Shown one piece after another: positions 1-12,747 of a DNA stretch of 64,000 bases. Both the position numbers and the translations under genes were made by a program. The notes below the pieces were generated by a model. The model worked only from the letters and a program-made list of their open reading frames with translations. It was not told the DNA's origin and did no database searches. Each line of letters begins with the position of its first letter. The stretch's first letter is position 1. Origin of the DNA: Syncephalis fuscata S228 (taxonomy: Eukaryota; Fungi; Zoopagomycota); assembly GCA_025786725.1 (NCBI GenBank), contig JAHLTZ010000027.1:330703-394702 (forward strand). The letters run 5' to 3'.

Positions 1-2682
1 TGGTGCTATAAGCATATGCCGGTGTGTAAACATTAATACTCACCTCTTATAATCCTGGTTCAACTCGTAAACTGCTTCTTCATCTGCTGGTTCACCGCTG
101 GCAAGCTTCAATACACGTGCTTTACACAAAACACCCAGCAAACCAACGACAAACTCCTTTGTAAGCTGAGTATTGTCCATCAATTCTTGAACAGTGTAGG
201 ATGTCTTATGGTTGTACTGTAGCAAAATGCCCATTTGATACGTAGACACCTGGAAGGTGTAGCCAGAACGAGATGCCTTCAAATAGGTAGTGCGTACTTC
301 AGCTCGCGAATGCTGGAACAGCCAGGTCAATTTACGGCCTTGGTATTTACTATCATAAAAGTCTTGGAAACGTTTAAAGATAGATTCAAGCTATAAAAAG
401 GCAATTAATATGTATTCTAGTGTATCATTCAATAGCCAATTACCTCAGGTGGCACGGTAAATGATGTGGCCGGTGGATTAAGTGGCCAAGCAGAAGTACC
501 CAAAACAGATACCGAAAAGTCGACTAATATCAAATATGAGTACTAGCTATGTTTTAACTTCAATACTAACCAGATAATTCACTAGCATCGCGTGTTTGCA
601 ATAAACGATCCTTGAATGTTTCATTCAAATCCTTACTAAGATTGATATCGGTAAACATACGCTGTAATTTTGAAGTAAAGTCAAAGCCGCATGCTTCACG
701 TAACTTGGCAATCATACTTGCTTCCGCATCATCGGAAGCAGAAGTTTGATTGATCAAACGACGAGAAAGAGCCCGAGAATAGAACTTTTGGAAAACGTCC
801 TTATCTTCAACGTATTTGAAAATGGTCATCTAAATTGTATGGTTAATTATCGTTATATATAATGATAGTAATTCACTCACGACGTTGGTTAATAAAGCCT
901 CGAGTTCTCCTTCTTCTGGGTTCTTTGCACTCTTTTTCAACAGAGTATCGCAATATTTGGCCAGCAATTCTGGTGACTTGCTTGTGCCAGTGTTGCACAC
1001 TTTGTTACGATTGATAAATTCACCGCACGCCTTATCCAATGATGCCATAAAGCCAGCATCATTAGGAAATGCATTCTGTACTAAAGAATAGTACTTTTGG
1101 TGAACAGTTAATAATCCTGTTACGTAGACACTTGGTTCCTATTAATCATTTAATTAATCACATTACAACGTTATAATACATTCATTAATAACACACACCA
1201 CGGCATCCTTATTCTCTTCAGCAATCTTATCTAACGTTGACTGGCCGATCTTGCGCACATGTGCACCAAACTTTTCACGTAACGGTGTCAAACCGTTATC
1301 AACACGTGATAACAACGAAAAAGTACGAGCCAAATCTATATACAAGTGTTTTATTATCATTGTAGTCATGTATTTATAGCACCATATGCTTTATGCACTT
1401 ACCTTCTTCGCGATCAGCATCCAAAAGTGGTTGGAATTCTTCACGTATCTGATTCATGTGATTCTTTACTAGAACCTCTTCGCATACATTCATAAGCTAT
1501 TAAAATACGCACACATAGATATATGCATATATGCATATTGAGCGACTATTCATTTGAATCTAATCAATGCTAATTACCGGTACACGTGTATCCTGATGTA
1601 AATACTTCTTAACTCGTTCCTCCTCTTCTTTCAAACGATTCTCGGCCTATTTGGCATTATAGCCGTTGGTAAATGAGCTAATTATCATTTGCTGTGTGAA
1701 ATTACCTGTTTCATGTATTCCGTAACGGGATTTTCCGAGATAAATCGATCACTTTCATTGTGATAATATTGCTTTGTAGTTTCGACGAATGGCTGCTCGA
1801 AATGCGTCATATATAATTTTAGATCTGTCTGCGTTGGATCTGCTTCTTCCAAGCCCAGAGCAACTAATAGTAGATAGTTTAATAAACAGTCGCTAGATAC
1901 TAGCTATAATCAAGCTTACCAAATGACTCCTTAACAATATTAATTAGTTTTGTCTCTATCGTTTCTCCGTTACGCTCTCGTTCAATCAGCGCAAGCACTG
2001 CATCCATTACAGCACGATGGACGTGCACAAACAAATGATTGCGCCACATGACCAGTGATAGCTGTACAGCGACGATAATAATTAATATTGTTGATAAATG
2101 TTATAATTAGTATAAAATAGCTTTAGAGTGTAGATCTATACTTACAATATGCACACCGTATACAGCACGACGTCCTTCATCCATTTCGCGTCGTACCCAA
2201 TGACGATTTAGATAGCGAAACAAGTGATTCATATATTCCGATGCGGTAGTATATCTTTGCCATTGGGCAGTATAATAACGTAGGAGAGCCACATCGGTAA
2301 GTGCTTCTGACTGACGTCGTAGAGCCGAAAGATGGCTTTCGAAGTATCCAGTCAGTTTCTTATATAGGCCAGCACCAACCAGTTGTGCGCCGTTATTACC
2401 GGACATGCCGGTCATGACACCACCGCCACTACTGCTGGGCGAGGTACAATGGTTATAGATGGTGCTATACAAGCAAGTAGCAGCAACAACAAATTAGGTA
2501 CAGCCAGAAGTAAAAGGCCATTATAAGCAAGATTATCGTGCATATACTTACGTGTAGATCTCCATGTATCGTGTGTAGCTAAGGCCCTCTTGTAGCGACA
2601 TCACCTGGTTAAGGCCATGCTCTACAAACTCCCAGGTACTACTCAGATCCGTCCGTGCTGGCGTACCGCTAAACTGCGACAT
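1..2682 (-). CDS. CUL1: Cullin-1 (Cdc53-like SCF scaffold); multi-exon, 3' end runs off the window start
   Basis: ATG at 2682 gives [28 protein letters not shown]...YMEIYT. Later exons carry cullin motifs: [80 protein letters not shown] introns lie between the ORF pieces. Confidence 0.95.
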
Positions 2683-3441
2683 GGTGACTGAAGTAAAGAT
2701 GACGAAAACTGCTTGATAATGAAGGAAGAAGATGGAGCAGCCGATTCGGCACTAGTACAAGATATTGTCTTTTTAATAAACTGAAATGTTAATCGAAACG
2801 AAAGGAGGAATGCGCTAAGATGATATCAAGTAGTAAGAGGGAATAACGCTGTTTAAAGCAACGTCAGCATGAGTACAGGAAAGGGGAGCGCAAAGGTGAT
2901 TTATTTGTGCATATTTTTGGAATTGGCTCTGGAGTGCCGACTGTGGCGATGTAATATGACTGTACTGCTATTTTATTAGTTATATGATATAAAAGTCGTT
3001 TTTATCAAATTATAAATAGATTAAAGTGTTGAAAGCAATTGTTGTGTCAATTACTGTTATGTTTGATATGATCATGTTAAAGCCATGATCCATGTGGATT
3101 GTGCATTTGATTGGTATTATGTCATGTTATTTATGTATTATTTATACAGAAAATGGCGTTATAGGCTATTTATATATGCAATAAAGTTATATTACGTTAT
3201 AGTGTATAATAGCAATATGGATTGATATAGCTATCTATTTGAACAGCATATTACTATCAATCTTGTTAATGCGTGCTAATAATATTAGCAATAATGTAAC
3301 GAATAGCACTCGTTATAATAAAGCTTGAATCAATATCAAAAGTACAGAAGCAAGTGAATAATAAATGGCATGCCAATAGTTTATTGAGGTGTATAGTTAG
3401 CCTGTATAACAATCAATTACATAGTAACCTTCTAAAATTGA

Positions 3442-4199
3442 CTAAGGTAGCGAATCTTTGGTTTTAACAGAATTGGAGTTGAATAGTTCATTCTTAATAG
3501 ATGCTATTACATTGGAGGAAGCTTTATGAAAAGCATCACCATAAGCATCTGTTAATAACTCATTCCATTCTTTCTCCGTTTCTCCATCTTCTTCTGCTTC
3601 TGCTTCTGCGTCTGCATCTACTGTTTCTTCCTCTTTGTTATTTGTAGTCTCTGTATGACGATTAGATTCAGCTACGTTGGTTGTCTCTGGTGTTAAAGAA
3701 GCTGAATTAACTATTGATGGCTGTGCAGCAGGATTTGCAATAATAATTGTTGCGCGATCCTCTACCTCTAGTCGACTGCGACCACCATGACCATCTGGAA
3801 ATGAAGCGTTACCAACTGCTCTTACTGTAAATGGTCCAGCTGGCAAGTCTTGTGGCAACATCCAAGTAGTCTGTTGTTGCCAGGGACCCGCATCCGCTTG
3901 AGGTATGGCCTGATTACGCGTTGATGAAAGAATTTCACTAATAAACTGGCCCGTTGAAATGTCTTGCAAAACTAAGCGGACACTTTCCAGCATAGACATT
4001 CCTTGAAGACGCACTCTAAATCCCACCGATAGCAGCTCGCCAGCGCGTGCTACCGTTCCATTAGCTGGTGCAGTCAATAGAACAACATCTATATTCGCGA
4101 TTAGTTTAAAATAAATTATTGCCATATAACATTACCTGACACGGCTACACCAGCAAATGTGGCGAGTAATAAATTAGTTAAATAAAAGCCTACTTTCAT
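3442..4199 (-). CDS. Secreted protein of unknown function: signal peptide, probable beta-sandwich domain, acidic low-complexity tail; 2 exons
   Basis: ATG at 4199 gives MKVGFYLTNLLLATFAGVAVS (signal-like). A short GT-AG intron (~4090-4135) joins it to ORF 3442..4125 (VVLLTAPANGTVARAGELLSVGF...WMLPQDLPAGPFTVRAVG). Loosely resembles Kre9/Knh1-type N-terminal domains. Confidence 0.7.
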
Positions 4200-5284
4200 A
4201 CTGAGTAGTGGTAAATTAATAATAAAATGATTACTCGGCAGTCAATTAAAGTGTTAACATTCAAGTATTACAAACTTGCAAATCTACCGGTTGAGTTACA
4301 ATAAGTTATTTTTATAGCTACCAGTCGAGTATCCGTTTATTCATTCGTCCTGGGATCGAGGGTAGTTGACGTCACCAACGTGAACACACAACTGTAGTAG
4401 AATTGATCGTTTAATAGCTATTGTTGTTGTTTTTGCTTTTGCTGCCATTTTCAGGAGTAGTGTTAATAGTTTGTACCAATCCTTAAACAGCACATTACTA
4501 TGGCCGATGATTAAAGATATACCATGGCAACAGACATGGATCCAAGACTGGGTAACCAGCCTTGCTTATGAACAATGCCACGCATCAACATATTTAATAA
4601 AATAACAAGCTTCGATGACTATTGATTACGTCTTCAATTTTAAACTGCGGCAATTTTCATCACTCAAATACTCATTGCAGAATACGCGTGACAGTGACTG
4701 TTTGAGTGTCATTTGCATTTAAATTTTGGCGTGACTAGCAAGCGTGTAACCAGACAGTGTACGACCACGTTGCCATTGTTTTGTATCGGCATATACAAAA
4801 CGCATGCTTATTAATGTTGAATTGTCGGATTTACTGGCGCTATTGCTCCGCTCTGGCTGTTTAGAGTTTATACATGAACAATGGCGACCTTGAACATGCG
4901 TCAAATATTATCCATTACCGTGGATCTTATGGCAATAAACCCGATAATTACAAAAATCACACGTTTCAATGGAACAAGAATAGCAACAGGAATAGATGAC
5001 ACTGTGCACAGCAATGCGCGTTGATGTACCAAAATAACGCATATGCAGTAAAGGCCGAAGGAAGTTGCTCTGTACCGATGCCGTGCATCAGTTAATAGAA
5101 CGAGGCAATAAGAGTTGTCACATTCTTTCATCTTATTTAGCCTGCAACTATTGGCGATGGAAGTATCCATAGTAAAATGGTTAGAAATACCAAGGCTCGG
5201 TCTACTGCTTTGTACTACGTCAATGTGCACGCGTGTGTACACCCGTATGCTTTCAACGCCATTCGGTGCGATTTGTATAGAATG

Positions 5285-5286
<2 letters not shown>

Positions 5287-5325
<39 letters not shown>

Positions 5326-5345
5326 TGCGTGTGTACGTGCGTACA
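5287..5345. repeat. (GT)n microsatellite with a GTAC-variant tail
   Basis: Direct read: gtgtgtgt...gtgtacgtgcgtgtgtacgtgcgtac. Confidence 0.95.
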
Positions 5346-5862
5346 TTCGTATGCGTAGGTGGCCATATGTTGATTGCAGATAGATACACATCAATGTTGT
5401 CCCACCCACAAGTACATCAATACGAAAGAGGCAATGCCAAATGTACACGTCACGGCTAGATTTGCCCCAGAGAATGATTTTAGTAATTATAACTTCATAA
5501 ATCCACCCAGCCCTATCTGTACCCACATCGTGATAAAAGCGGCTATATATAATTGTGTGGACAGACCCATAAATGTAATGGTATAGGACATAGTATTAAA
5601 AATAGCCGCTAAAACCTTTGAATATCGATTATTACGATAACAAGGATGATCATTACCACTATTACTGTGGATACGCACACACCATAGCGTTATCTTTTTC
5701 CCTATTGGACCGGGGAGTTTCTACCACTTCCATTCTTGTCAAGCGGCAATGTTACAAGTCTACGCCGCCGCCTTATGCTGTATCCCTTTGCCACCCGTTT
5801 GACACTACACATGTGGTCGACAATAGCTTTCTATCGCTGCACACATGAACGGGTGGATGGAC

Positions 5863-5975
5863 GAATGAATGAATGAGTGAATGAGTGAGTGAATGAATGA
5901 GCGTATTCATTGGAAATACCACACACTTACACACTTACACACATACACACATACACACATACACACATACACATC
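5863..5975. repeat. Compound microsatellite: (GAAT/GAGT)n, then ACACTT/ACACAT-type units
   Basis: Direct read: gaatgaatgaatgagtgaatgagtgagt... and acacacttacacacttacacacatacacacatac... Confidence 0.9.
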
Positions 5976-8900
5976 AACTATAGCAGTGCATGCTTAATCC
6001 CCTGAGCAAAGGTTCAGTTCTGCTTGTGGAAAGCCAGAGTGGATGCACGAATGCATTTATGTATTTGAGGTATAATCGTCTAAAATTGGCGATAAAGTCG
6101 TTTTCGCTATTTCCATTTCCTACTCGCCTATATACCCTGTCATTTCCCTAGCGTTTCTTTGTTTAATTTCCAGCGTATCATCCTTCCACCTTTAATTATT
6201 ATACTTGTTTACTGCTATCTGCTTGTAGATCTACGTGTATCCGTGCTATTAAAGGTTCTACACGTCTCTTCGCTAATTATAGATAGTAAATATATACTTG
6301 GTAAGTGCTTAAAAGTAGTATTAGTATTAGTATCAATAGTGGTAGTGGGACAGTGCGTTGAGTAGTAACAAGCAGTTCATACTACACTATTGTCTATGTT
6401 AGTGTTTGTTTTTTATTATATTTACGTTTAGCGTTTGTTTTATATATTGTAGATTGCATTTAATACCATTTGCTTATTGTTTTAAAGGGCATAGTTATAG
6501 GTAATGCCAATAAGTATTCACTTGTTGCTGAATTCGATGTACATGATCGTTAATGTGCACACCAATGCAAATGTACTCTTTTTGAAACTGAAATGTGTGT
6601 GACGCATATTCTTTTAATAATAGCGTTAAAATTTATATTGCGGTGATTAATGGTTAATTAAATGGTAGCGGTAATAGAACTATGACACTGTAAACGACAA
6701 TAGTGCCTAGTTCTCAACTATTTGCAATTCTATTTTTAATTTGTGTTTTGTGTTCCAATATTCTACCTTCTTTTATTTCTTCTATCGTCTCCTCGTTCTT
6801 TTTACAATGATATGGCTATGTTTTAAAGTGATGCTATATTGAGGCATGTGAAAAAAAATTGGTTCTTGCCTATTTGTATCATAATCGATAGTTATTTAAT
6901 GGCTTTTGTGGTGTAGCCATATAACGGAGTGAGAGAACACAAGCGCCCATTGTGCTGCGCCATGTTTTCAAGGCTAGAAGAAGTTTCAGTTTTTATTTTC
7001 ATTCATGAGCTGTACAACCTGCCTATTGCGTCGGAGTACCGTCTTGGCAATGACTTGAAGAAATTACCTGGCGATAGCCTCGAGTATTAGTAACGCACTG
7101 GCCAATTGGTTCATGCTTTTTGTAATTATTATAATTATTATGCTATTTTTGCTACCAGCATTGTGGTTACTTTTATGCAATCATTAGCGTATTCTTAATC
7201 AAAAAGCTGATTTCAATTTATTTTTTAATTTATGAGATTAATTTGCGTTGTATTTCGGAGGTGGCAAATAACGCAGTGCACTGGTGAGTGCAATATGTTG
7301 GAACTGTAGCGATTCCAATGCACTCCATGTTTCACGAGTCAATTCGAAAATGTGCTTTGGAGCTCTGCAATGACTGTTCATACCATGTAGAAGCAAGCGG
7401 TGGCATGGGAGGAAGAAAAAACATCAGATGGGTCTCGGCTTTGTGACGCCACGTTGTCGCGGCCCACTGGCTGGCGCCATGAATGCGTTATGTGGCATGC
7501 TCTATTTCTACCTAATATAACTGGTTTATCTGCAACTATGGGTGCGGTGTGGGCGCGGTGTGTCCTTCAAGCATTTAGAATGGCTGTATATAGTTTCTAT
7601 TTGGTTGGCCATACAGGTTCTTTTTCGTTTGTCGCACCAAAGGCAAAAACGACACGCATTCACCTGATGAATTGGCCGCTTCTTAATGATTCCGGCCCCA
7701 ATGCTCATGATAGATTGGTGCATGTTGTGTTGTCATGCTGCAGCGTCCAACGCGACTCTCAGTCCATCAGCAACACTAACTAGCTAGCTAGCTAGTTAGC
7801 CAGTTGGCTATACAAAGCACTGATTACCTTGCTAGTTGTATAAAATTACTGTGTAGACTATGTTGGTAAGGTCAATGAACTACGGGCCAGACCCTTGCCA
7901 GGTGCATGTTTTTATGGCCCGTGTTGCTTTCAGAGCTTTTATGGCTGCGCCTGCTCGTTGAGCATCCCGTTTTGGTTGGGATACCATGATCGTTGGTGCT
8001 TTTCGGTAAAGCATGATATTGCGATCCGCCTCGCATATTAACTTATCACATCAGCTAATTGATGCCTTTTCATCGTTTGCGCCCATCTTATGGGATAAAT
8101 TCCATGTGATTGCTACGCGAAAGTTACCCCCATTTGGTCGTTTGCCATTTGTAGGCTTGTACAAACGTCTTGTAAATGATTGCAAATAATTCACGTATCA
8201 TTGGTATACCATTCTTTAATATGCTGTAGCGGTAATATAATTTTCCTTACTTTTTTTCTGTAAGAACTGGTAGGTTATGGCATGGCGATCCATTGCCATG
8301 CTTATAATCCATTAGTAAAAGTACATGCATGAATATGCGGCTAAAATACTTTTTGGCCTTTTTGCCTCTTTGTTATATCCTATCAGGCTAACTATTAGAT
8401 GAAAACAACGTTATCAAATACGTATGAACATGGATCGTTTATTGATACACGTATGTGTGTACGTGCGCACTGTTGAGCATTGATCTTTACATGTATTCAC
8501 ATGATTTTTGGCTGACATTTCATTTACCTTAGTCGCCTCACTATCTACTTAGCCTATTTTAATATCGTGTATCTATAACAACTTGTAAACGTTTTGCACG
8601 TGTGTTGTGTAATCAGCAAAATTAATTAGCCATTATCTGGCAGGTTGTTCTTAGCCAAACCTGTTGCTATTTTATGTAGGCCTTCTTAGACATTTTAATT
8701 TCTCTACGTTTTTCTTTTTGTCATTTTCGTGTGTGGCTTGCATGCACGGTACAGCCGACTCCTACACGCGCTGGCCTTGCACTTTGTGTCGGCCTAGTAT
8801 TGTTATCTGGCGACGTGTATCGCGTAAAGTCGCACGTGTCCTTTTAAAAGGATACACCATCAGCGGCAGCATCATCGGTCTTTCGTTTTCCGTTCCTCTT

Positions 8901-10544
8901 TTTCTTTGACTTCGCTTTTAACCTTATCACCAACGCCGCTTTACCGCTCTTTGTTCTTTTCAACCACGCGACCCCTTCTATCTATACTAGTAGCTTGCAA
9001 CCGACTGATATTTTGTTTTATCATCTCAGTGACCGGTACCTACTTGTGCGCTATTGCTCCGACGCAAATAGAGTGTCGGCAAGTTTTTTATTTGTTTGCT
9101 CCTATTGTATACGCCAATAGCGAGACTCTGTATTCAACGACTACTATTATTATTACATCTATCATAGTACGTTTACGTCGCGTTTGCACAAAGCCTTTAT
9201 CGGCAATAATAGCCGCAGACTTTTGTGTATTTTAGCGATTGGTTAGTGCTGACTGGGTCTGTGCGGTATAAAGCACACGCCGGCTTTGCCGCTAGTAGTT
9301 CATTTCTATTGCCCTTTGTAAGCTGTATCAATACACTGCACTTACAATTTTAATTAAGCAATTGAATCGAGCTATAATACAATTTCTTTAGCCTGGAGCT
9401 TTAGAGTATACTATTATTATTATTTCTATTTCTTTTTATTTTAAAATCCATTTACTGTTTTTATTCGCAACGGATTATTGGTATGTTTATGAATTAATTC
9501 GCTATGATTAATATTATTACAATATTGATGATATTATTAATAATATCAATTTTATTAATAATAATTAGTGATTATTACTGATTTTATTGCTGGTATTAGT
9601 AACACTATTGCTAGTACTAATATTATTAATATCTATTATTGATGTTAGTGCTGATATTAATGATCATTATTTTTACTTTTTGGATTAATCGCGCTTTTTT
9701 AACATAATATAATCATTTATAATGTAAAATATAAACTAATGATTTGTTTAATTTGTTTAATTAGATTTAAGAAGCATTATTACACTTGCAGCTTTGACAA
9801 TTATAATTAAACTAATTGCTTGGTTCATCCTAATATAATTGAACTATCAATCACTGAATATATCGTGCTTTATCGCGGTATAATCTACTGGTCCCTTTGT
9901 GCCAGTATTTTATTAGTATTATATTCCTAATATATAATATTAATAGTTATTAGGTGAGTAGATACACGTATTAGGGGAGTCTATTAGACAATGCATGACT
10001 ATGCGCCTTTGTCTCTTTGCTTTGTTCAATGGCATAAATTCACCTTTGAACCCATACTTTATTTGCAATTGAGTTTCAGATTACAAATGCTGCTAAACAT
10101 TTTCCCCTACTCAATCATATCATGATATGAGTCAAATGTGGGAACCTAATAGCGGAGATTTGCTAATTTAGATGCATTGATTACGTCGACATATTGCACC
10201 CATGTGACAAAAAATTACATTTATTATTATTATTACACTGTGATTCTGGTAATTCTGGTGATTAGTATTGCTATTGTTGTGATAAATAGCACTTGATGAT
10301 CACAGCCATTGTTCTCCTTCTTTCCTATCTACCAGAATGAATTGAACCCATTGTAAGTTTCATGATATGCATTACAACCGCCGTATTGGGAATTGCTGGA
10401 CAGTCATCACGCCGGTGCATCATCTATTTTTACAGCTCACATATGCAGCCTTCCAGCACACTGCATCTTTATCAACGCACCTTCTGGGCACTCATTTTCT
10501 GCCACGCTGCGCCAATACAAATCATGACACTCTCTCCTTCTACA

Positions 10545-10583
10545 TGTGTGTGTGTGTGTGTGTGTGTGGAGGGGGGGGAGGGG
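10545..10583. repeat. (TG)n microsatellite followed by a G-run
   Basis: Direct read: tgtgtgtg...tggaggggggggaggggt. Confidence 0.9.
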
Positions 10584-11956
10584 TATAAGCACTGTTGGTT
10601 GGTTTTAACTACAAGTTTGTATTAAGATGCACTTTATGACAACGTCGCTCGGCATTATTTATTTATTTGCCCATCCTACACAGATGACCAGCGATTAATG
10701 ATAACTGTACATTGATCGAGCGAATTACATTTAATTCTTGTACGTCATATTTATGACGATGATGATAATGATGATGGCGATGATTAGAGAATGAGTCAAA
10801 GAAAAACCAGAGATTTATAATTAGTTACGACTTGAAGCTAGTCGATAATGTGGGGAATAGCCAAGTTGAAGCAGTGGCCACCCAGTTTCTACTTTACTTG
10901 CTTGTTCACACTCCTTCTTGCTTTCTTTTGACTCCTTTCTTTCTTTCTTTGCATATTTCCTGATTTGAAAAAATCATTTGTTACATTTGTACCTCTAACA
11001 ACCAGCAACACCTTTTTGGACTGGCGGAGTCTTGCTCAAATAGCTGATTAGAGAAGTTCCATGTGTGTCGCAAGGATTGCCTTTTTTCCACCAATCAAGG
11101 CAATTACTATACACATTGGCATGGACTGCACGCACCTTCACACACATACAAAAACACACACACAGAGTGAGAGAGTGAGAGAGTGAGAGGAGAGACAGAA
11201 CAAATAGAGAAAATAACGCTTACTTTGCTTCTATCTCTCGCTTACTTCTCGTCTTTATTCTCTTTATTCGTTTGTTCGTTTGTTCGTTCATACATTTGCT
11301 CGTTTCGTATTGACACACATCTACCAAATAACGAGGAATTATAGCCCACGTTTCTTTTACGGCCTCGTCGTCATCGTGGCTAGCATTACCGCTATTACTG
11401 TGTGGCAATTGTTTTATATCTAGTCCTTATTCTACATTATTCTCTACAGCTGTATAGTGGGTGTTTTGGCTTTTTTGAGTGCTACGTCGCCTTTATTCTT
11501 TATATATACCTATAGTTTACTTGTCACGGTTGCGCTAGCACACGTGTGTTTTGTCCAAGCACCTTTCAATTACTTGGCCAGGTTTAACTTGATTTTCACT
11601 TACTATAACACACCACAACAGATACTAATCTGCTTGACTCTACTCACTCTCACTCGTTCACACTTACTTGTCCACGCTTTACTTCCTCCCCTCCACCTAT
11701 TGCACTTGCACTTTTCTTCTCTCTTTCCTCTCTCGCTCTCTCTCGCTCTCTCCACTCACGCTTGACCTGTGCGTTTTTTGCCTTTAATATTTAACGCCTT
11801 TCCATGCTAAAAGGCACTTAATCATCAATCATCAGTTAAAGCAGTCAACGATATAGCATTTGGCTTGAGCGGCAATAGTACTCACTTAATAGGCAGGTGT
11901 TTATTATTAATATGTACTTTATGATGGGCGATGAGCTATAATGGTCATATTACCAA

Positions 11957-11995
11957 TAGTCATATTAGTCATATATTAGTCATATATTAGTCATA
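11957..11995. repeat. Short tandem repeat of a ~9-11 bp TAGTCATAT(AT) unit
   Basis: Direct read: tagtcatattagtcatatattagtcatatattagtcata. Confidence 0.85.
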
Positions 11996-12747
11996 ACAGT
12001 ATTAGAAGTACTAGTAACAGTAATGCGAGTACCATTGGTCATCGTATTTATTATAGTCTAATATATTAATACTACTATTTGCAATGGCTACTATCATGTG
12101 GGGCAAAAGTGGCCTAATATAAGAGTGTTGCTATTAATGTAGAGTTAAGGATGGGCAAATGATTTAAACGTGTCTATTTCTTAGACAGAAAGTGACTTGT
12201 TTGATAGAAATAACTAATCATAATAACACTAACCATTATAATAATGAGACTAATAACATTAATATTAATGGCTTCAATGTTATTTATTATTATGTGTAAT
12301 GATGGTTTGAATACCGGAAATACTACATAATCGAACTGGTTTTCACCGGTTATTGACTAATTGATTGGTTCATTGATTGATTTATCGGACACGAGATGCA
12401 TGTACCATTTAATAGGCTATAGACTAACCGTGATTTTATATTGTATATTATCTATTATCTATTATATAGGAGTTGGCTTTCAATTAATACGATAGTTAAT
12501 TTGTCAGTTGCTTTTTACTATTGTGTAATAACCAGACAAAATACTGCGATTTATCGATTGGTTTTATTGTTGGGTAAGTGGCGTGTAAATAGTTTAATAG
12601 TTACTAATTATAGTGTTATATATGACTATTTAACACGGAAACAATAGACGAAATATACTATTTAGTAGAATATAGTTATTTGGTTTGTTTATATAAAACT
12701 GCGCGTATTTAGCTCGTACAGCAACGCGTCAGTTTAAAACTTACTGA

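Noticed and set aside
4719-12647. Numerous 60-160 aa ORFs in the long intergenic region (e.g. THTHTH / VCVCVC peptides)
   Set aside because: They run through microsatellites or low-complexity DNA, overlap in several frames and show no protein motifs.
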